Below, piece by piece: positions 42,441 to 56,491 of a DNA stretch of 64,000 nucleotides. Source of the stretch: the human T2T-CHM13v2.0 reference genome, Homo sapiens. Made by a program: the position numbers and the translations under genes. Where the stretch lies: NCBI RefSeq assembly GCF_009914755.1, contig NC_060935.1, one strand, 5' to 3'. Position 1 is the first letter of the stretch; every line of letters begins with the position of its first letter. The notes below the pieces were generated by a model. It saw only the letters and a list, made by a program, of their open reading frames with translations. It did no database searches and was not told where the DNA came from.

Positions 42441-43835
42441 TTTAAAATCTATTTTTCTTTTAAGTTCAGGGGTACATGCATGTGCAGGTTTTTACATAGG
42501 TAAACTTGTGTCATGGGGGTTTGTTGTACAGATGATTTTATTACCCAAGTATTAAGCCTAGTACCCATTAGTTATTTTTCCTGCTCCTCTCCCTCCTTTC
42601 ATCTTTCACTCTCCCAAATTCCCCAGTGTGTGTTGTTCTTCTCTGTGTGTCCATGTGTTCTCATTATTAGCTTCCATTTATAAGTGAGAACATGTGGTAT
42701 TTGGTTTTCTGGTTCCTGTGTTAGTTGGCCAAGAATAATGGCCTCCAGCTCCATCCAGGTTCCTGCAAAGAACACGATCTCATTGTTTTGTATGGCTGCA
42801 TAGTATTCCATCATGTATATGTACCATATTTTCTCTATACAGTCTATAATTGATAGGCATTTAGGTTGATTCAATGTCTTTGCTATTGTGAATAGTGCTG
42901 TGATGAACATATGCATGCATATATCCTTATGATAGAATGTTTTATGTTCCTTTGGGTATATACCCAGTAACAGGACTGCTTGATCAAAAAATATTTCCGT
43001 CTTTGGGTCTTTCAGGAATCACCACGCTGTCTTCCATAATGAAACTAACTTACACTTTCACTAACAGTGTATACACGTTCCTTTTTCTCCATAACCTCAC
43101 CAGCATCTGTTATCTTTTGACTTTTTAATAACAGGCATTGTGACTGGTGTGAGATGGTATCTCATTGTAGTATGACTTACATTTATCTAATGATCAGTGA
43201 TGTTGAGCTTTTTTCATATGACTGTTGCTCACATGTGTGTCTTCTTCTGAAAAGTGCTTGTTCGTGTCCTTTGCTCACTTTTTAATGGGGTTATTTTTTT
43301 CTTGTAAATTTATTTAACTTCCTTATGGATGCTTGATATTAGATTTTTGTTGGACACATAGTTTGTGAATACTTTCTCCTGTTCTGTAGTTTGTCTGTTT
43401 ACTCTGCTGTTTCTATTTCTGTGCAGAAGCTCTTCAGTTTAATTAGATCCCACTTGTCATTTTTTTTTTTTACTTTTGTTGCAATTGCTTTTGACCTCTT
43501 TGTCATGAACTCTTACACTGTTTAGTCTGTTTCTATATCCAGAATGGTATTGCTTAGGTCATCTTCCAGGGTTTTTATAGTTTGGGTTTTACATTTAACT
43601 CATTAATACATCTTGAGTTAAAATTTTATATGGTGTAAAGAAGAGGTCCAGTTTCAATATTCTGCATATGGCTAGCCTGTTATCCCAGCGCCATTTATTA
43701 AAAAGGAAATACTTCCCCAATGCTTGTTGTTGCCAGGTTTGTCAAAGATCAGATAGTTGTAGGTGCGCAGCCCTATTTCTGTGTTCTCTATTGTGTTCCA
43801 TTGGTGTATGTGTCTGTTTTTGTATGAGTACCATA
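42441..43835 (-). mobile_element. 5'-truncated older L1PA, right member of the inverted pair
   Basis: T-rich tail then taagttcaggggtacatg...; 43067-43409 is identical to rc(40703-41045). Confidence 0.9.
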
Positions 43836-44597
43836 CAAAAGTACCATACTAGTTAAGTGCACAAGTAGCCTATATTTAGATGTGTTTTGCTTTTCTCTAA
43901 ATCTCTTGATAAATCTCTAGCTTCATTCAGCAGAATTAGTAATGACAAGTTCGAAATGCATAATCAAGCATGTTCCACAGTAATTGCAAAGACAAATTGT
44001 TTCAAGCTCAGTAGCATGAAGCCTGCTGTGGTCAGTGATTCTAAGGCAGTGGTAATAGCTAATAACATTGCTGATTTTTTGAATAATTAATCTATATGAG
44101 GCCCTTTCAATCATTTTAAATATATTACAAACCATGGCACCAAACAAGGTTACTTTAAGATGTCAGTAAAGACAGAAAAAAGAAAAGGATCAGGGACTGA
44201 GCCCTGGTGCATATCAACATTTGGGTGTCAGAACAGTAATGAGAGTCTAGCCAAGAATATTGAGAGGATAAAAATGAAGAGAGGGAATTTAAAATGCCAT
44301 CAATATGCTAATGATTTCTAAATTTGTTGGTAGTTATAGCTCTTCTGAACTCTTGAGCTAAATATTTAAAAGATATTTCAAATGCAACATACCCAAAACA
44401 TAATTCTTAAATTTCTCCACTACATTTGATTTTCTCACATGATTCTTCATTTTAGTAAGTGACATCTCATTCTACTTTCTTAGATCAAAAAAAGTTTTAG
44501 AGTTACACTTGACTCTTCTGTTTTACTTATGCCCCATATCTAGTCTGTATAAAATTGTACTCAATTTACCTTCAAAATATATCCAGAATATAATTAC

Positions 44598-44704
44598 AGT
44601 CATCTCTCAGTGTCCCTGGGGGATTAGTTCCATTAAACACCGAAGGTATCGACATCTGTTGATGCTCAAGTGTCTTATATAAAATGGTGTGGTATTAGCA
44701 TATG
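44598..44704 (+). mobile_element. MER2 (Tigger-type) 5' fragment; matching 3' end at about 50270-50332
   Basis: cagtcatctctcagtgtccctgggggattagttcc...gatgctcaagtgtcttatataaaatggtgtggtatt. Confidence 0.7.
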
Positions 44705-46985
44705 TTTTCCAAAATTACTTTTTGTGGGTACATGGTAGGTGTACATATCTGTGGGGTACTTGAGATTTTGCAACAGGCATGCAATGTGAAATAAGCCCAC
44801 CATGGAGAATGGGGTATCCATCTCCTCAAGCATTCATCCTTTGAGTTATAAATAATCAAATCACACTTTATAAGTTATTCAAAATGTACAATGTGGTTAT
44901 TATTGATTATGGACACCCTGTTGTACTATCAAATAGTAGGTCTTATTCATTATTTCTAACTTTCTTTTTGTACCCCTTAATGATCTCCATCTCCCCACCT
45001 CAACCCCCAACTATACTTACCAGCCTCTGGTAACCATCCTTCTCCTCTCTATGTCTGTGAGATCAATCGTTTTGTTTCTAGATCCAGCAAATAAGTGAGA
45101 ACATGCAATGTTTGTATTCCTGTGCCTGACTTATTTCACTTAACATAATGATCTCCAGTTCTATACAGGTTGGAAATGACTGGATCTCATTCTTTTTTGT
45201 GGCTGAATAATACCCCATTGTGTATATGTACCACATTTTCTTTTATCCATTAATCCATTTATGGGCACTTAGGTGGCATCCAAATCTTAGCTATTATAAA
45301 CATTCCTGCAATAAACATGGGAGTGCAGATATCTCTTTGATATACTGATTTTCTTTCTTTTGGGTATATATCCAGCGGTGGGATTTCTGGACCATGTGGT
45401 AGCTCAATTTTTAGCTTTTGAGGAAACTCCAAACTGTTTTCCAAAGGTGGTTGTACTAATTTACTTTCCCATCAACAGTGTACTAGAGTTCCCTTTTCTC
45501 CACATCCTCACCAGCATTTGTTACTGTCTTTTGGATATAAGTCATTTTAACTGGGGTGAGATGATGCCTCATTGTTGTTTTGATTTGCATTTTTCTGATG
45601 ATGAATTATGTTGAACATCTTTTCATATGCATGTTTGCCATTTGTATGTCTTCTTTTGAGAAATGTCTATTCAAATCTTTTACCCATTTTTAAAATTGGA
45701 TTATTAGATTTTTTTCCTACAGAGTTGTTTGAGCTCCTTATATATTCTGGTTATTAATCCATTGTCAGATGGGTAGTTTGCAAACATTTTCTTCTAGTCT
45801 ATGGGTTGTCTCTTCACTTTGTTGATTGTATGCTTTGCCGTGCAGAAGCTTTTTAACTTGATGTGATCCCATTTATCCATTTTTGCTTTGGGTACCTTTG
45901 CTTGTGAGGTACTGCTTAAGAAATTTTTCCCAGACCAATGTCCTGAGGAATTTCCCCAATGTTTTCTTGCAGTAGTTTCATAGTATGAGGTCTTTAATCC
46001 ATTTTGATTTGATTTTTGAATATGGTGAGAGTTAAGGGTTTCATTCTTCTGCATATGTCTATCTAGTTGTCCCAACACCATTTATTGAAGAGTCTGTCTT
46101 TTCCCCAATGTATATTCTTGGCACCTTTGTTGAAAATGAGTTCACTGTAGGCGTGTGGATTTGTTTCTGGGTTCTCTGTTTTGTTCCTTTAATCTCTGTG
46201 TCTGTTTTTATTGCCAGTACCATGCTGTTCTGGTTACTATAGCTCTGTAGTATAATTTGAATTCAGCTAATGTAATTACTCCAGTTTTGTTATTTTTGCT
46301 TAGAAAAGCTTTGGCTATTCTGGGTCTTTTGTGGTTCCATATAAATTTTAAAACAGTTTTTTTCTATTTCTGTGGGGAATGTTATTGGTATTTCATGGGG
46401 ATTGCATTGAATCTGTAGACTGCATTAGGTAGTATGAACATTTTAACAATATTGTTTCTTCCAATCCATGAACATGGAATATTTTTCCATTTTTTGTTGT
46501 CCTTGTCCATTTTTTTAATCAGTGTTTCATAGTTTTTATTATAGGAATCTTTCACTTCTTTCAATAACTTAATTCCTAGGTATTTAATTTTATTCATGGC
46601 TATTGTAAGTGGGATTACTTTTAAAATTTCTTTCTCAGATTGTTCACTGTTGACATATGGAAATGTTACTGATATTTATATGTTGATTCTATATCCTGCA
46701 ACTTTAATGAATTTATTTATCGGTTCTAATGGTTTTCTTGTGGAGTTCTTAGGTTTTATCCAAACATAAAATTATGTCATCTGCAAACAAGGATAATTTG
46801 ACTTCTTACATTCCAATTTGTATCCCTTTATATCATTCTCTTGTCTGATTACTCTAGCTAGGACTTCTAGTACTATGTTGAATAACAGTGGTGTAAGTGG
46901 GCATCCTCGTTCTAGATCTTAGTGGGACAGCTTTGAGTTTTATTCACTCAGTATGATACTGTCTATAGGTCTGTCATATATGGTT
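44705..46985 (-). mobile_element. L1MA1-3-type element (3'UTR and ORF2 part)
   Basis: Characteristic 3'UTR gcaatgtgaaataa...gagaatggggtatccat; ORF2 remnants at 45259-45444, 45794-46081 and 46382-46597. Confidence 0.88.
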
Positions 46986-49900
46986 GGTAATTTAGGTAAT
47001 TTCTCATCCTTTACTCCCTTCTCACCCTCCCACCTTTCTAAGTCTCCAATGTCTATTATTCCACTCTCTATATCCATATGTACACACTATTTAGCTTCTA
47101 CTTACAAGTGAGAACATGTAGCATTTGACTTTTTATTTCTGAGTAATTTAAGATAACGGCCTCCAGTTCCATCCATGTTGGTGCAAAAGTCATGATTTTA
47201 TTTTTTTAATGGCTGAGTAGTGTTCCATGGCATACATATGCCATTTTTTCTTTATCCAGTCATCCATGGATGGACACTTATACTGAGTCCCTGTCTTTGC
47301 TATTGTGAACACTGCTTCAATAGACATACAAGTGCAAGTGTCTTTTTGATATAATGATTTCTTTTCCTTTGAATATATACACAGTAGTGGAATTGCTAAT
47401 TCAAATGGTAGATCTATTTTTTGTTCTTTGAGAAATCTCCAAACTGCTTTTCATACAGGTTGAACTAATTTACATTCCCACTAACAGTGTATAAGTGTTC
47501 CCTCTTCTCTGCATCCTCACCAACATCTGTTATTTTTGACTTTTTAATAATAGCTATTTTGACTAATTGAAGATAGTATCTCATTGTGGTTTTAATTTGC
47601 ATTTCTCTGATGATTAATCATGTTGAGCATTCTTTTCATATGCTTCTTGGCCATTTGTATGTCTTTTTTGAAAAATGTCTGTTTATGTCCTTTGCCCATG
47701 TTTTATGGTGTTATTTGTTTTCTTGTTTACTTGTTTCAGTTCCTTGTTGATTCTGGATATTAGTCTTTTATCAGATGCATAATTTGCAAATATTTCCCCC
47801 AATTCTGTAGGTTGTCTGTTAATCCCACTAATATCTATCTTTTAAGTGTAGCATTTAGGGCATTTACATTCAAGGTTCATATTAATATATTAGTTTTTTT
47901 TCCTATCATAATGTTAATTGACACCTACCTGCTTTGCAGTCTCACTTGTACTGCTTTGCAGTTTCACTTTATATGACCTATGAATTTTATAGTTTAATGT
48001 GTTTTTATGGTGGCAAGCATCAATCTTTCATTCTCATGCTTAGAGCTGCTTTGAGCATTTCTTGTAGGCCTGGGCTAGTGATGACAAATTCTCTTAGCAT
48101 TTGCTTATCTTTGAAATACCTTAATTCTCCTTGATTTCTGAAGCTTATTCTACCAGGAAACAAAATTCACAGTTGACGGGGTTTTTTTTTTTTTTTTTTT
48201 CATTAAGAAGTCTGAAAATGGGACTCCAATCTCTTCTGGCTTCTAAGGTTTCTACTGAGACGTCCGCTCTCGGTTTGATGGGATTTTCTTTATAGGTGAC
48301 TAAATGCTTTTCTCTTGCTGATCGTAGGGTCTTTTCCTTCACTTTGACTTTAAATGGTCTGATGACTATGTATCTTGATGAAATCCTTCTTGCAATGTAT
48401 TTGCTTGATGTTCTCTGATCCTCTTGTATTTGGATATCTAAATCTCTGTCAAGACTAGGCAAGTTTTCCTCAATTATTTCCTTAAATGGGTTTTTCAAAT
48501 TTTTTACTTTTTCTTCTCTCTTACGAATACCTATGACTCATAGGTTTGAACATTTCATGTAATCTCATACTTCTTGAAGGCTTTGTTCATTTTCAAATTC
48601 CTTTTTCAATTTTTTTTCTCCAGCTGAGTTAGTTTGAAAGTCTTGTCTTCAAGCTCTGAGATTATTCATTCTGCTTGGTATAGTCAATTGTTAAAGCTTT
48701 TAAAGTATATTTTTTAATTCTTTCAACAATTTTTTCATTTCCAGAAGTTCTTTTTTTAAAACTATCTTTATGGTAAATTTTTCATGCACATCCTGAGTTG
48801 ATTTTTTTATTTTTGTGTTGGTTTTATAACTTTCTTTTGAATTTCATTGCACTTCTTTAAAATAAATATGTTAAATTCTTCACCTGGTATTTCAAAGATT
48901 TCATTTTGGTTAGGATGAATTGCTAGAGAGTTAGTGTGATCCTTTGCGAGTGTAGTGACACCATGATTATTCATATTTCCAGAATCTTCTCATCTGGAAA
49001 AACTATCACTTCTTTCTTTCCTTATCACACCCCTGTCCTAGCTCTTGGGACACTCAGATTGGTCAGACAACTCTGTCTATCTCCAGTCTGCAGTGTAGGC
49101 AAAAGCCACAAAAGATTCCTGCCCCACAATTCACTGCTAAAATGTCTTCAGTGTGGAACCTCCTTTTTCAATCCAAAACACACAGCTTTTTTGTTCTCCT
49201 ACTCCATTCTGCAGAAACGCTACCACTCTTGTCTAGAAAGGGGTAAGGGGTCCTGTATTTCATGCAAGCCCGAACCTGGGGGACACACTGCCACTGTGGA
49301 TGCTGTTACCCCTAATAGCCTTAAAAAGGCTGTCTTCTAGCACCCCTGTCTCAATTTTCTGTGGAAGCAGCTTTGCCTGTGTCTGCAGCAGTGAGAGGGT
49401 GGGAAGGAGAAGGAGAAATCCCCCTCTTTACACCTGGACTGGAACATTGAGGCTGCTTGGCTGGGGAGATGGAACTACACTCTTCCTTCGCAGAGCTGAG
49501 CACAGTGCCCACATCTCTGCTGGAAGTGGTACAATCATTCACAGTCCAAAAGTAGTGAGCTCTCAGGCACAGAAAAGCATATATTCTGTTTCCTTTGTTC
49601 CAACAGGTGATATTTTGGTGCACTGCGCTCTCCCTTTCCTTAGGAGCAGCACTCCCCAAGAGCTAGACCACTGGGACTCCTACATCTCCCCCTGGGTCCA
49701 GCCAGCCCTGAGTGACTGCCACAGTTATAGTGCTTGGGAATGTCTGTGGAGGCTCCAGTTATGTGGAGACACAAGAGCTGAGGTTCTCTGAGCAGGACAT
49801 AGTCTCCGGATGGCTGCACCCCCAGTATGGTGCCCCACCACTGCTGTTTGGGTATGAGGGCAGAGTGAGTGACCCTGTATGAGTTGATAGTCTGGTGTAA

Positions 49901-50210
49901 TGCTTTCAGTAAGTTTCCAAATCACTGCCCATACCAGTATCTGTATTCAGGAGGGCAGAAGAGTTCTCTGATAGTTTAGATATTGATGGTCTGCTGCAGG
50001 GGAAAGGGGAGCCAAAACATTCCCAACTATCCTTTCAATGAAATACTAACTCTCTTGGTGTTCCTAGCTTATCTCTGCCAGCCTCTTGTTCCCATCTTTT
50101 TTTGTGCTCCGGCTTCTTGCCCTGAGCTCTCTGCTAGGCTCTGGCACTTTCCCTTTGATTTTTGGTTTCAGTTCTGATGATTCAGTTGTAATTTTGGTCT
50201 TTTTTCTTAC
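46986..50210 (-). mobile_element. L1PB-type element: 3' region joined to ORF1 and a GC-richer 5'UTR (large internal deletion)
   Basis: 3' part ~46990-47820; ORF1 remnant 48145-48498 (EIIEENLPSLDRDLDIQIQE); 5'UTR-like 49000-50200. Confidence 0.75.
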
Positions 50211-50861
50211 TAGGTATAAAGTTTGCAAGTATATTTTCTCATTCTGTATGTTATCTCTCTCTCTTTTTAAATTTCAATTTGTGGTTGGTTGGATCCACAA
50301 TATGGAACCTGAGGAAATGTAAGACTGTCTATACTTGCCTAGATTGTTACAATAGATGCGTAAAAAGATTCTGATTCAATATTTCTCTAAAATAGTATAT
50401 TTTCTACTTTGCAGGCGGGGTGATTCATTTAACATGTAAGTCTGATAGTGCTATTCCTCTGCTCAAATCCTTTCAGTGTCTTTGAATCTTACTTAGAGTA
50501 AAATCAAAGTCCTTACTTTGGCCTATAAATTCCTGTGATCTTGACTCTGTGTTATTTTTGACATCATCTCTGACCACACCACCTTCTGCTGCCCTACCTT
50601 TCACTTAGTGCCTCAAGCAACACAGCTTCCCTGCAGTTTTGTGAGGAGCAACAGAGCCTACTGATAATGATTAAGATGACACATTGTCTGGGTTTGATCC
50701 CTGGCTGGACCTCTTACTAGTTTTGTTACCATGGAAAATTATTTAACTTCTCCGTGCATGAGTTTCCTTATCTATAAGTTGGATATAATAATAATATCTC
50801 CCTCCTAATGTTTTGGTAAGGATAAAATGAGTCAAACCATGCAAGCTATCGGTACATGTTA

Positions 50862-51076
50862 GCTATCATCACCATTATTATTATCATTACCACCAATACC
50901 ACTACCATTATTATCCCCATCATCATCATATAAGCATCAACACCATCAACATTATTATCATTATCAGTTGCCATGACCATCATCACCACCACGAACACCA
51001 TCATTATCATCAATCACCATCCTCATCACCATCATTATCATCAATCACCATCATCATCTGTCACTACATTACCATA
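50862..51076. repeat. (CAT/CAC)n low-complexity trinucleotide tract
   Basis: Direct reading; follows a MIR at about 50660-50865. Confidence 0.85.
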
Positions 51077-51714
51077 AGGATTCTTCCCCTCCTCATTTTC
51101 TACAGTAGCAGCAGTATTGAGCATGTCAACACACTCTTACTTTAAAGAATCTGTATTTGCTCTTTGCTCTGCCTGAAATGGTTTTCTGACAGATGTTCAT
51201 ATGTCTTGTTTTTTGCACTTTCATCTCTCTGCTCAATGATTCAGAATTCCTTATATATTTTGGATTAACCCCTTATTTGACATATATTGCAAATATATTA
51301 TCTCCTTCTGTAAACTTTCTCTCTCTTTCTGAAATATTTCCAATCCAAGGTTGGTTGAATATGCAATGTGGAACCTGTGGGAATGGATGGTCAACTATAC
51401 TTGCCTAGATTGCTACAATAGATGTATATTGCCTCATCCAAGAAGGAATCCCATGTAACTCTTCATAAAAAAAATTTTGACTTTCTGTGCTCCTCTTATT
51501 TTTTCTTATTTTTCTTCACATCATATAAAACAACCGACAGATTCTGTCATTAATTACCTATTTTATTTTCTGTACTTGGGACTTTGTTTTACCACTGAAT
51601 TTACAGAGTCTACAACAACGCTTTTCTTAAGAGGTACACAGCATTTACATTAAATATTTATTTAAATAATTTATGAATCCTCATTGTCTTTTATATGTTC
51701 TCATATTTTTAAAA

Positions 51715-52582
51715 AATTTATTTTGTTTTTATTTTAGTATTTCAATAGCTTTAGGGGTACAAGTGGTTTTTGATTACATGGATGAATTGTACAGTGGTAA
51801 AGTCTGAAATTTTAGTGCACCTGTCACCTGAGTGGTATACATTGTATCCAATATAGTTTTTCTCTTTCACCGCTCCCACCCTCTTCCCCTCTGAGTCTCC
51901 AATGCCTGTTATACCGTCCTGTATGCCTTTGTGTACCCACAGTTTAGCTCCCACTTATAAGTAAGATTACATGATATTTGGTTTTCCATTCCCGAGTTAC
52001 TTCATTTAGAATAATGCCCTCCAGTTCCATCAAAGTTGCTGCATAAGACATTATTTTATTTTTCTTTTGTGGCTGAGTAGTATTCCACAGTGTGTATGTA
52101 CTACATTTTCCTTATTCACTCCTTGGTTGATGGGCACTTAAGTTGACTCCCTATCTTTGGAACTGTGAATTGTGCTGCAATAAACATAGATGCGCGGGTG
52201 TCTTTTTGATATAATGACTTATTTTCCTTTGGGTATATGCCCGGTAGTGAAATTGCTGGATAAAATGGTAGATATACTTTTAGATTTTTGAGAAATCTCC
52301 ATACTGTTTCCCATAAAGGTTGTATTAACTTACATTCCCACCAGCAGTGTGTAAGCTTTCCCTTTTCACCACATCTACACAAACAACTATTGTTTTTTGA
52401 CTTTTTACTAATGCTCATTCTGGCTGGGGTAAGGTGGTATCTCACTATGGTTTTAATTTGCATTTCCCTGATGATTAATGATGTTGAGTATTTTTATTCA
52501 GATGTTATTTAGCCATTTGTATATCTTCCTTTGAGAAATGTCTATTTATGTCATTTGCCTACCTTTTAATGGAATTATTTGT
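51715..52582 (-). mobile_element. L1PB 3' end
   Basis: tttcaatagctttaggggtacaagtggtttttgattacatggatgaattg; ORF2 C-terminal remnant 52116-52463. Confidence 0.88.
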
Positions 52583-52954
52583 TAAACTCTCTCATATTTC
52601 AATAGCCCTATGTGTCTGGCTGTATTCTGTGGGATTTCTCAATCTTGGTTTCAATTTGCTGATTTTCATTTCATGTAAGTTGTTTTGTCACATGTTTGTG
52701 CCACCTATTAAACTTTTTTTAAAGGCTATTTTTTATTTCTATTATTTCCTTTTGTTTCCATATTGGTCTATTTCTAACTCATAATTAATTTTTTCTCCAT
52801 AGACTCCTGTTCTTGTTATACAGATGTTATTTGTTTCTTTATCTTGTTATAAATTTATTATATTTTCAATCCTTTTTGCTTGCTTAAACTTCATGTCACA
52901 TTTTTCATTATTAACTTTTTTTGCTTTTGTTTGTTGTGAAATATTTGCTTATTT

Positions 52955-53625
52955 ATTCAAATTGACACAATTTATTCAAATTGTACATATTTGTGGGGTA
53001 GAGAGTAATATTTTAATACAGGTATACAATGTTTAATGATAAAATCAAGTTAATTAGTATATCCATTATATCAAACATTTATCATTTCTTTGTGTCGGAA
53101 ACATTCAGAATTCTCTTTAGCCATTTAAAAATATGAAATAATTTTTTGTTAACTGTAGTCCCCCTATAATGCTGTAGAACACTAGAACTTATTTCTCCAA
53201 TCTAGGTGTACTTTTGTATTCATTAACTATCCTCCTTCTATCCTATCCTCACTCTACCCTTACCAGGCTCTAATAACCACAATTCTACTCACTATTTAGA
53301 TGAGGTAAAATTATTTATCTTCTACATATGAATAAGAACATGCAATATTTATGTTTCTGCGCCTAACATTTTACTTAACATAATGTTTTTCAAGCTCATC
53401 CACATTGCCACAAGTGAGAGGATTTTAATATTTTTATGACTGAATATTATCCCATTGTGTATTTTTACCTTGAACACTTAGGTTGATTCCATACCTTGGG
53501 TATTATGAATAGTGCTGAGGTGAACGTAGGGGTGCAGATGTTTCTTTGTTATACTGATTTACTTTCCTTTGGATAAATATCAAATAGTGAGATTGTTGGA
53601 TCACGTGATATTTCAATTTTTTGTT
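52955..53625 (-). mobile_element. L1MA 3' end
   Basis: Antisense L1MA 3'UTR. Confidence 0.8.
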
Positions 53626-54432
53626 TTTTACCTTTATTTTTAGTTGACATGTAATAAGTGTACACAATTATGGAATACAGAGTGATATTTTAATACACAT
53701 ATATGATGTGTATTGATCAAATCAGGGTAATTAGCATATCTGTCACCTTGAACATTTATTTTATTGTGTTGTAAACATTCAACATTCTCTCTTATAGCTT
53801 TTAAAATATATATGCTAAATTAATTTTAACCATATATACCCTATAGTGTTACAGAACATTAGAATTTATTCCACCCATCTAGCTGTAATTTTGTATTCAT
53901 TCACAAATCTCTCCTATCTTCTGAACTTGTCTACCCTTCCCAACCTCAAATAACCATAGTTTTACTTTCTACTTCTATGAGCTCAATTTTGTTTCAGTTT
54001 CTACATATGAGTGAGAATGTGCAGTATTTACTTTATTGTGTCTGACATTTCAATTAACATATTGTCCCCTGGGTTCATTCATGTTGCTGCAGATGACAGA
54101 ATTTCATTATTTTTTACGGCTGAATACTATTCTATTGTTTATATATCCCACATTTTCATCATCCATTCATTTGTAGATGGATATTTCACTTCATTCCATA
54201 CCTTCACTACTGTGAATAGATCTGCACTAAACATGGCACTGCAGGTATCTCTTTGATATTCTGATTTATCTTCCTTTGGAGAATGACCCAGTAGTGGCTT
54301 TCTGGATCATGTGGTAGTTCTACTTTTAGTTTTCACAGAAACGTCAATACTCTTTTTAATAATAGCTGTACTAATTTACACTTTTACCAATGGTGTATAA
54401 GAATTTTCTTTTTTCTGCATCGTTGCTAGCAG

Positions 54433-55775
54433 TTTTTTTTTATTATTATACTTTAAGTTCTAGGGTACATGTGCACAACGTGCAGGTTACATATGTATAC
54501 ACGTGCCATGTTGGTGTGCTGTGCCCAATAACTCGACATTTACATTAGGTATATCTCCTAATGCTATCCCTCCCCCCTCCCCCTGTCCCACAACAGGCCC
54601 CAGGGTGTTATGTTCCCCACCCCGTGACCAAGTGTTCTCATTGTTCAATTCCCACCTATGAGTGAGAACGTGCGGTGTTTGGTTTTTTTGTCCTTGCGAT
54701 AGTTTGCTGAGAGTGATGGTTTCCAGCTTCATCCATGTCCCTACAAAGGACATGAACTCATCGTTTTTTATGGCTGCATAGTATTCCATGGTGTATGTGT
54801 GCCACATTTTCTTAATCCAGTCTATCATCGATGGACATTTGGGTTGGTTCCAAATAAGAATAGTGCTGCAATAAACATACATGTGCATGTGTCTTTATAG
54901 TAGCATGATTTATAATCCTTTGGGTATATACTCGGTAATGGGATGGCTGGGTCAAATGGTATTTCTAGTTCTAGATCCTTGAGGAATCGCCACACTGTCT
55001 TCCACAATGGTTGAACTAGTTTACAGTTCCACCAACAGTGTAAAAGTGTTCCTATTTCTCCACATCCTCTCCAGCACCTGTTGTTTCCTGACTTTTTAAT
55101 GATCGCCATTCTAACTGGTGTGAGATGGTATCTCATTGTGGTTTTGATTTGCATTTCTCTGATGGCCAGTGATGATGAGCATTTTTTCATGTGTCTTTTG
55201 GCTGCATAAATGTCTTCTTTTGAGAAGCGTCTGTTCATATGCTTCACCCACTTTTTGATGGGGTTTTTTTTTCTTGTAAATTTGTTTGAGTTCATTGTAG
55301 ATTCTGGATATTAGTCCTTTGCCAGATGAGTAGCTTGCAAAAATTTTCTCCCATTCTGTAGGTTGTCTGTTCACTCTGATGGTAGTTTCCTTTGCTGTGC
55401 AGAAGTTCTTTAGTTTAATTAGATCCCATTTGTCAATTTTGGCTTTTGTTGCCATTGCTTTTGGTGTTTTAGACATGAAGTCTTTGCACATGCCTATGTC
55501 CTGAATGGTATTGCCTAGGTTTTCTTCTAGTGTTTTTATGGTTTTAGGTCTAACATTTAAGTCTTTAATCCATCTTGAGTTAATTTTTGTAAAAGGTGTA
55601 AGGAAGGGATCCAGTTTCAGCTTTCTACATATGGCTAGCCAGTTTTCCCAGCACCATTTATTAAACAGGGGATCATTTCCCCATTTCTTGTTTTTGTCAG
55701 GTTTGTCAAAGATCAGATGGTTGTAGATGTGTGGTATTATTTCTGAGGTCTCTGTTCTGTTCCATTGGTCTATTT
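54433..55775 (-). mobile_element. Young 5'-truncated L1PA (about L1PA4-6)
   Basis: ttattattatactttaagttctagggtacatgtgcacaacgtgcagg; near-consensus ORF2 C-terminus (54825-55295, 55111-55491). Confidence 0.92.
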
Positions 55776-56491
55776 CTTATTTTATGTCTTTATAATAGCC
55801 GTTCTAACTGGGGTGAGATGGTATCTCCTTGTGGCTTTGATTTGCATTTACCTGATGAATAATAATGTTGAGCATTTTTTTCATATACCTGTTGGTCATT
55901 TTTATGTTTTCTTTTGAGAAATGTCTTTTCAGATGTTTTTGCCCATTTTAAAATTGGATTCTTTGTTTTGATTTTTCTTTCTGCTGTTCAGTTGTTTAAA
56001 TTTTTTGTGTATTATGGATGTTAGTCCCTCTCTGGATGAATAGTTTGCAAATATATTTTCCCATTCTGCAGACTGTCTCTTCATTTTGTTGGTTGTTTTC
56101 TTTCCTGTGCAGAAGCTTTTTAGTTTGATATAGTCTAATTTGCCTATTCTTGTTTATATTGCCTATGCTTTTGAAGTCTTACACACAAAATCTTTGGCTA
56201 GACTAATGTCCTGAAGAGTTTCTCCTATGTTTTCTTATAGCTTTTTTAGTTTCATGTTTTAAATTTGCATTGTTAATCTGTTTTGAATTGACTTTTGCAT
56301 ATGGTTAAGAGATGAATCTAGTTTCATTTTTCTGCATATAGGTATCCAGTTTTCTCTGCATCATTTGTTAAAGAGACTGTCCTTTCCCCAGTGTATGTTC
56401 TTGGCAACTGTATAAAATATTGGTTTGCTGAAAATACATGGATTAATTTCTGAGTTCTCTGTTCTGCTCCTTAATCTATATAGCTGCTTTT

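Noticed and set aside
48936-49925. Cluster of 100-160-aa ORFs
   Set aside because: They lie in a GC-richer old L1 5'UTR with few stop codons.
50862-51076. His-rich coding or array-like appearance
   Set aside because: Simple (CAT/CAC)n expansion with no regular repeat-spacer structure and no ORF context.
54487-55726. Well-preserved L1 ORF2 peptides
   Set aside because: The element is 5'-truncated and frameshifted, so not retrotransposition-competent.
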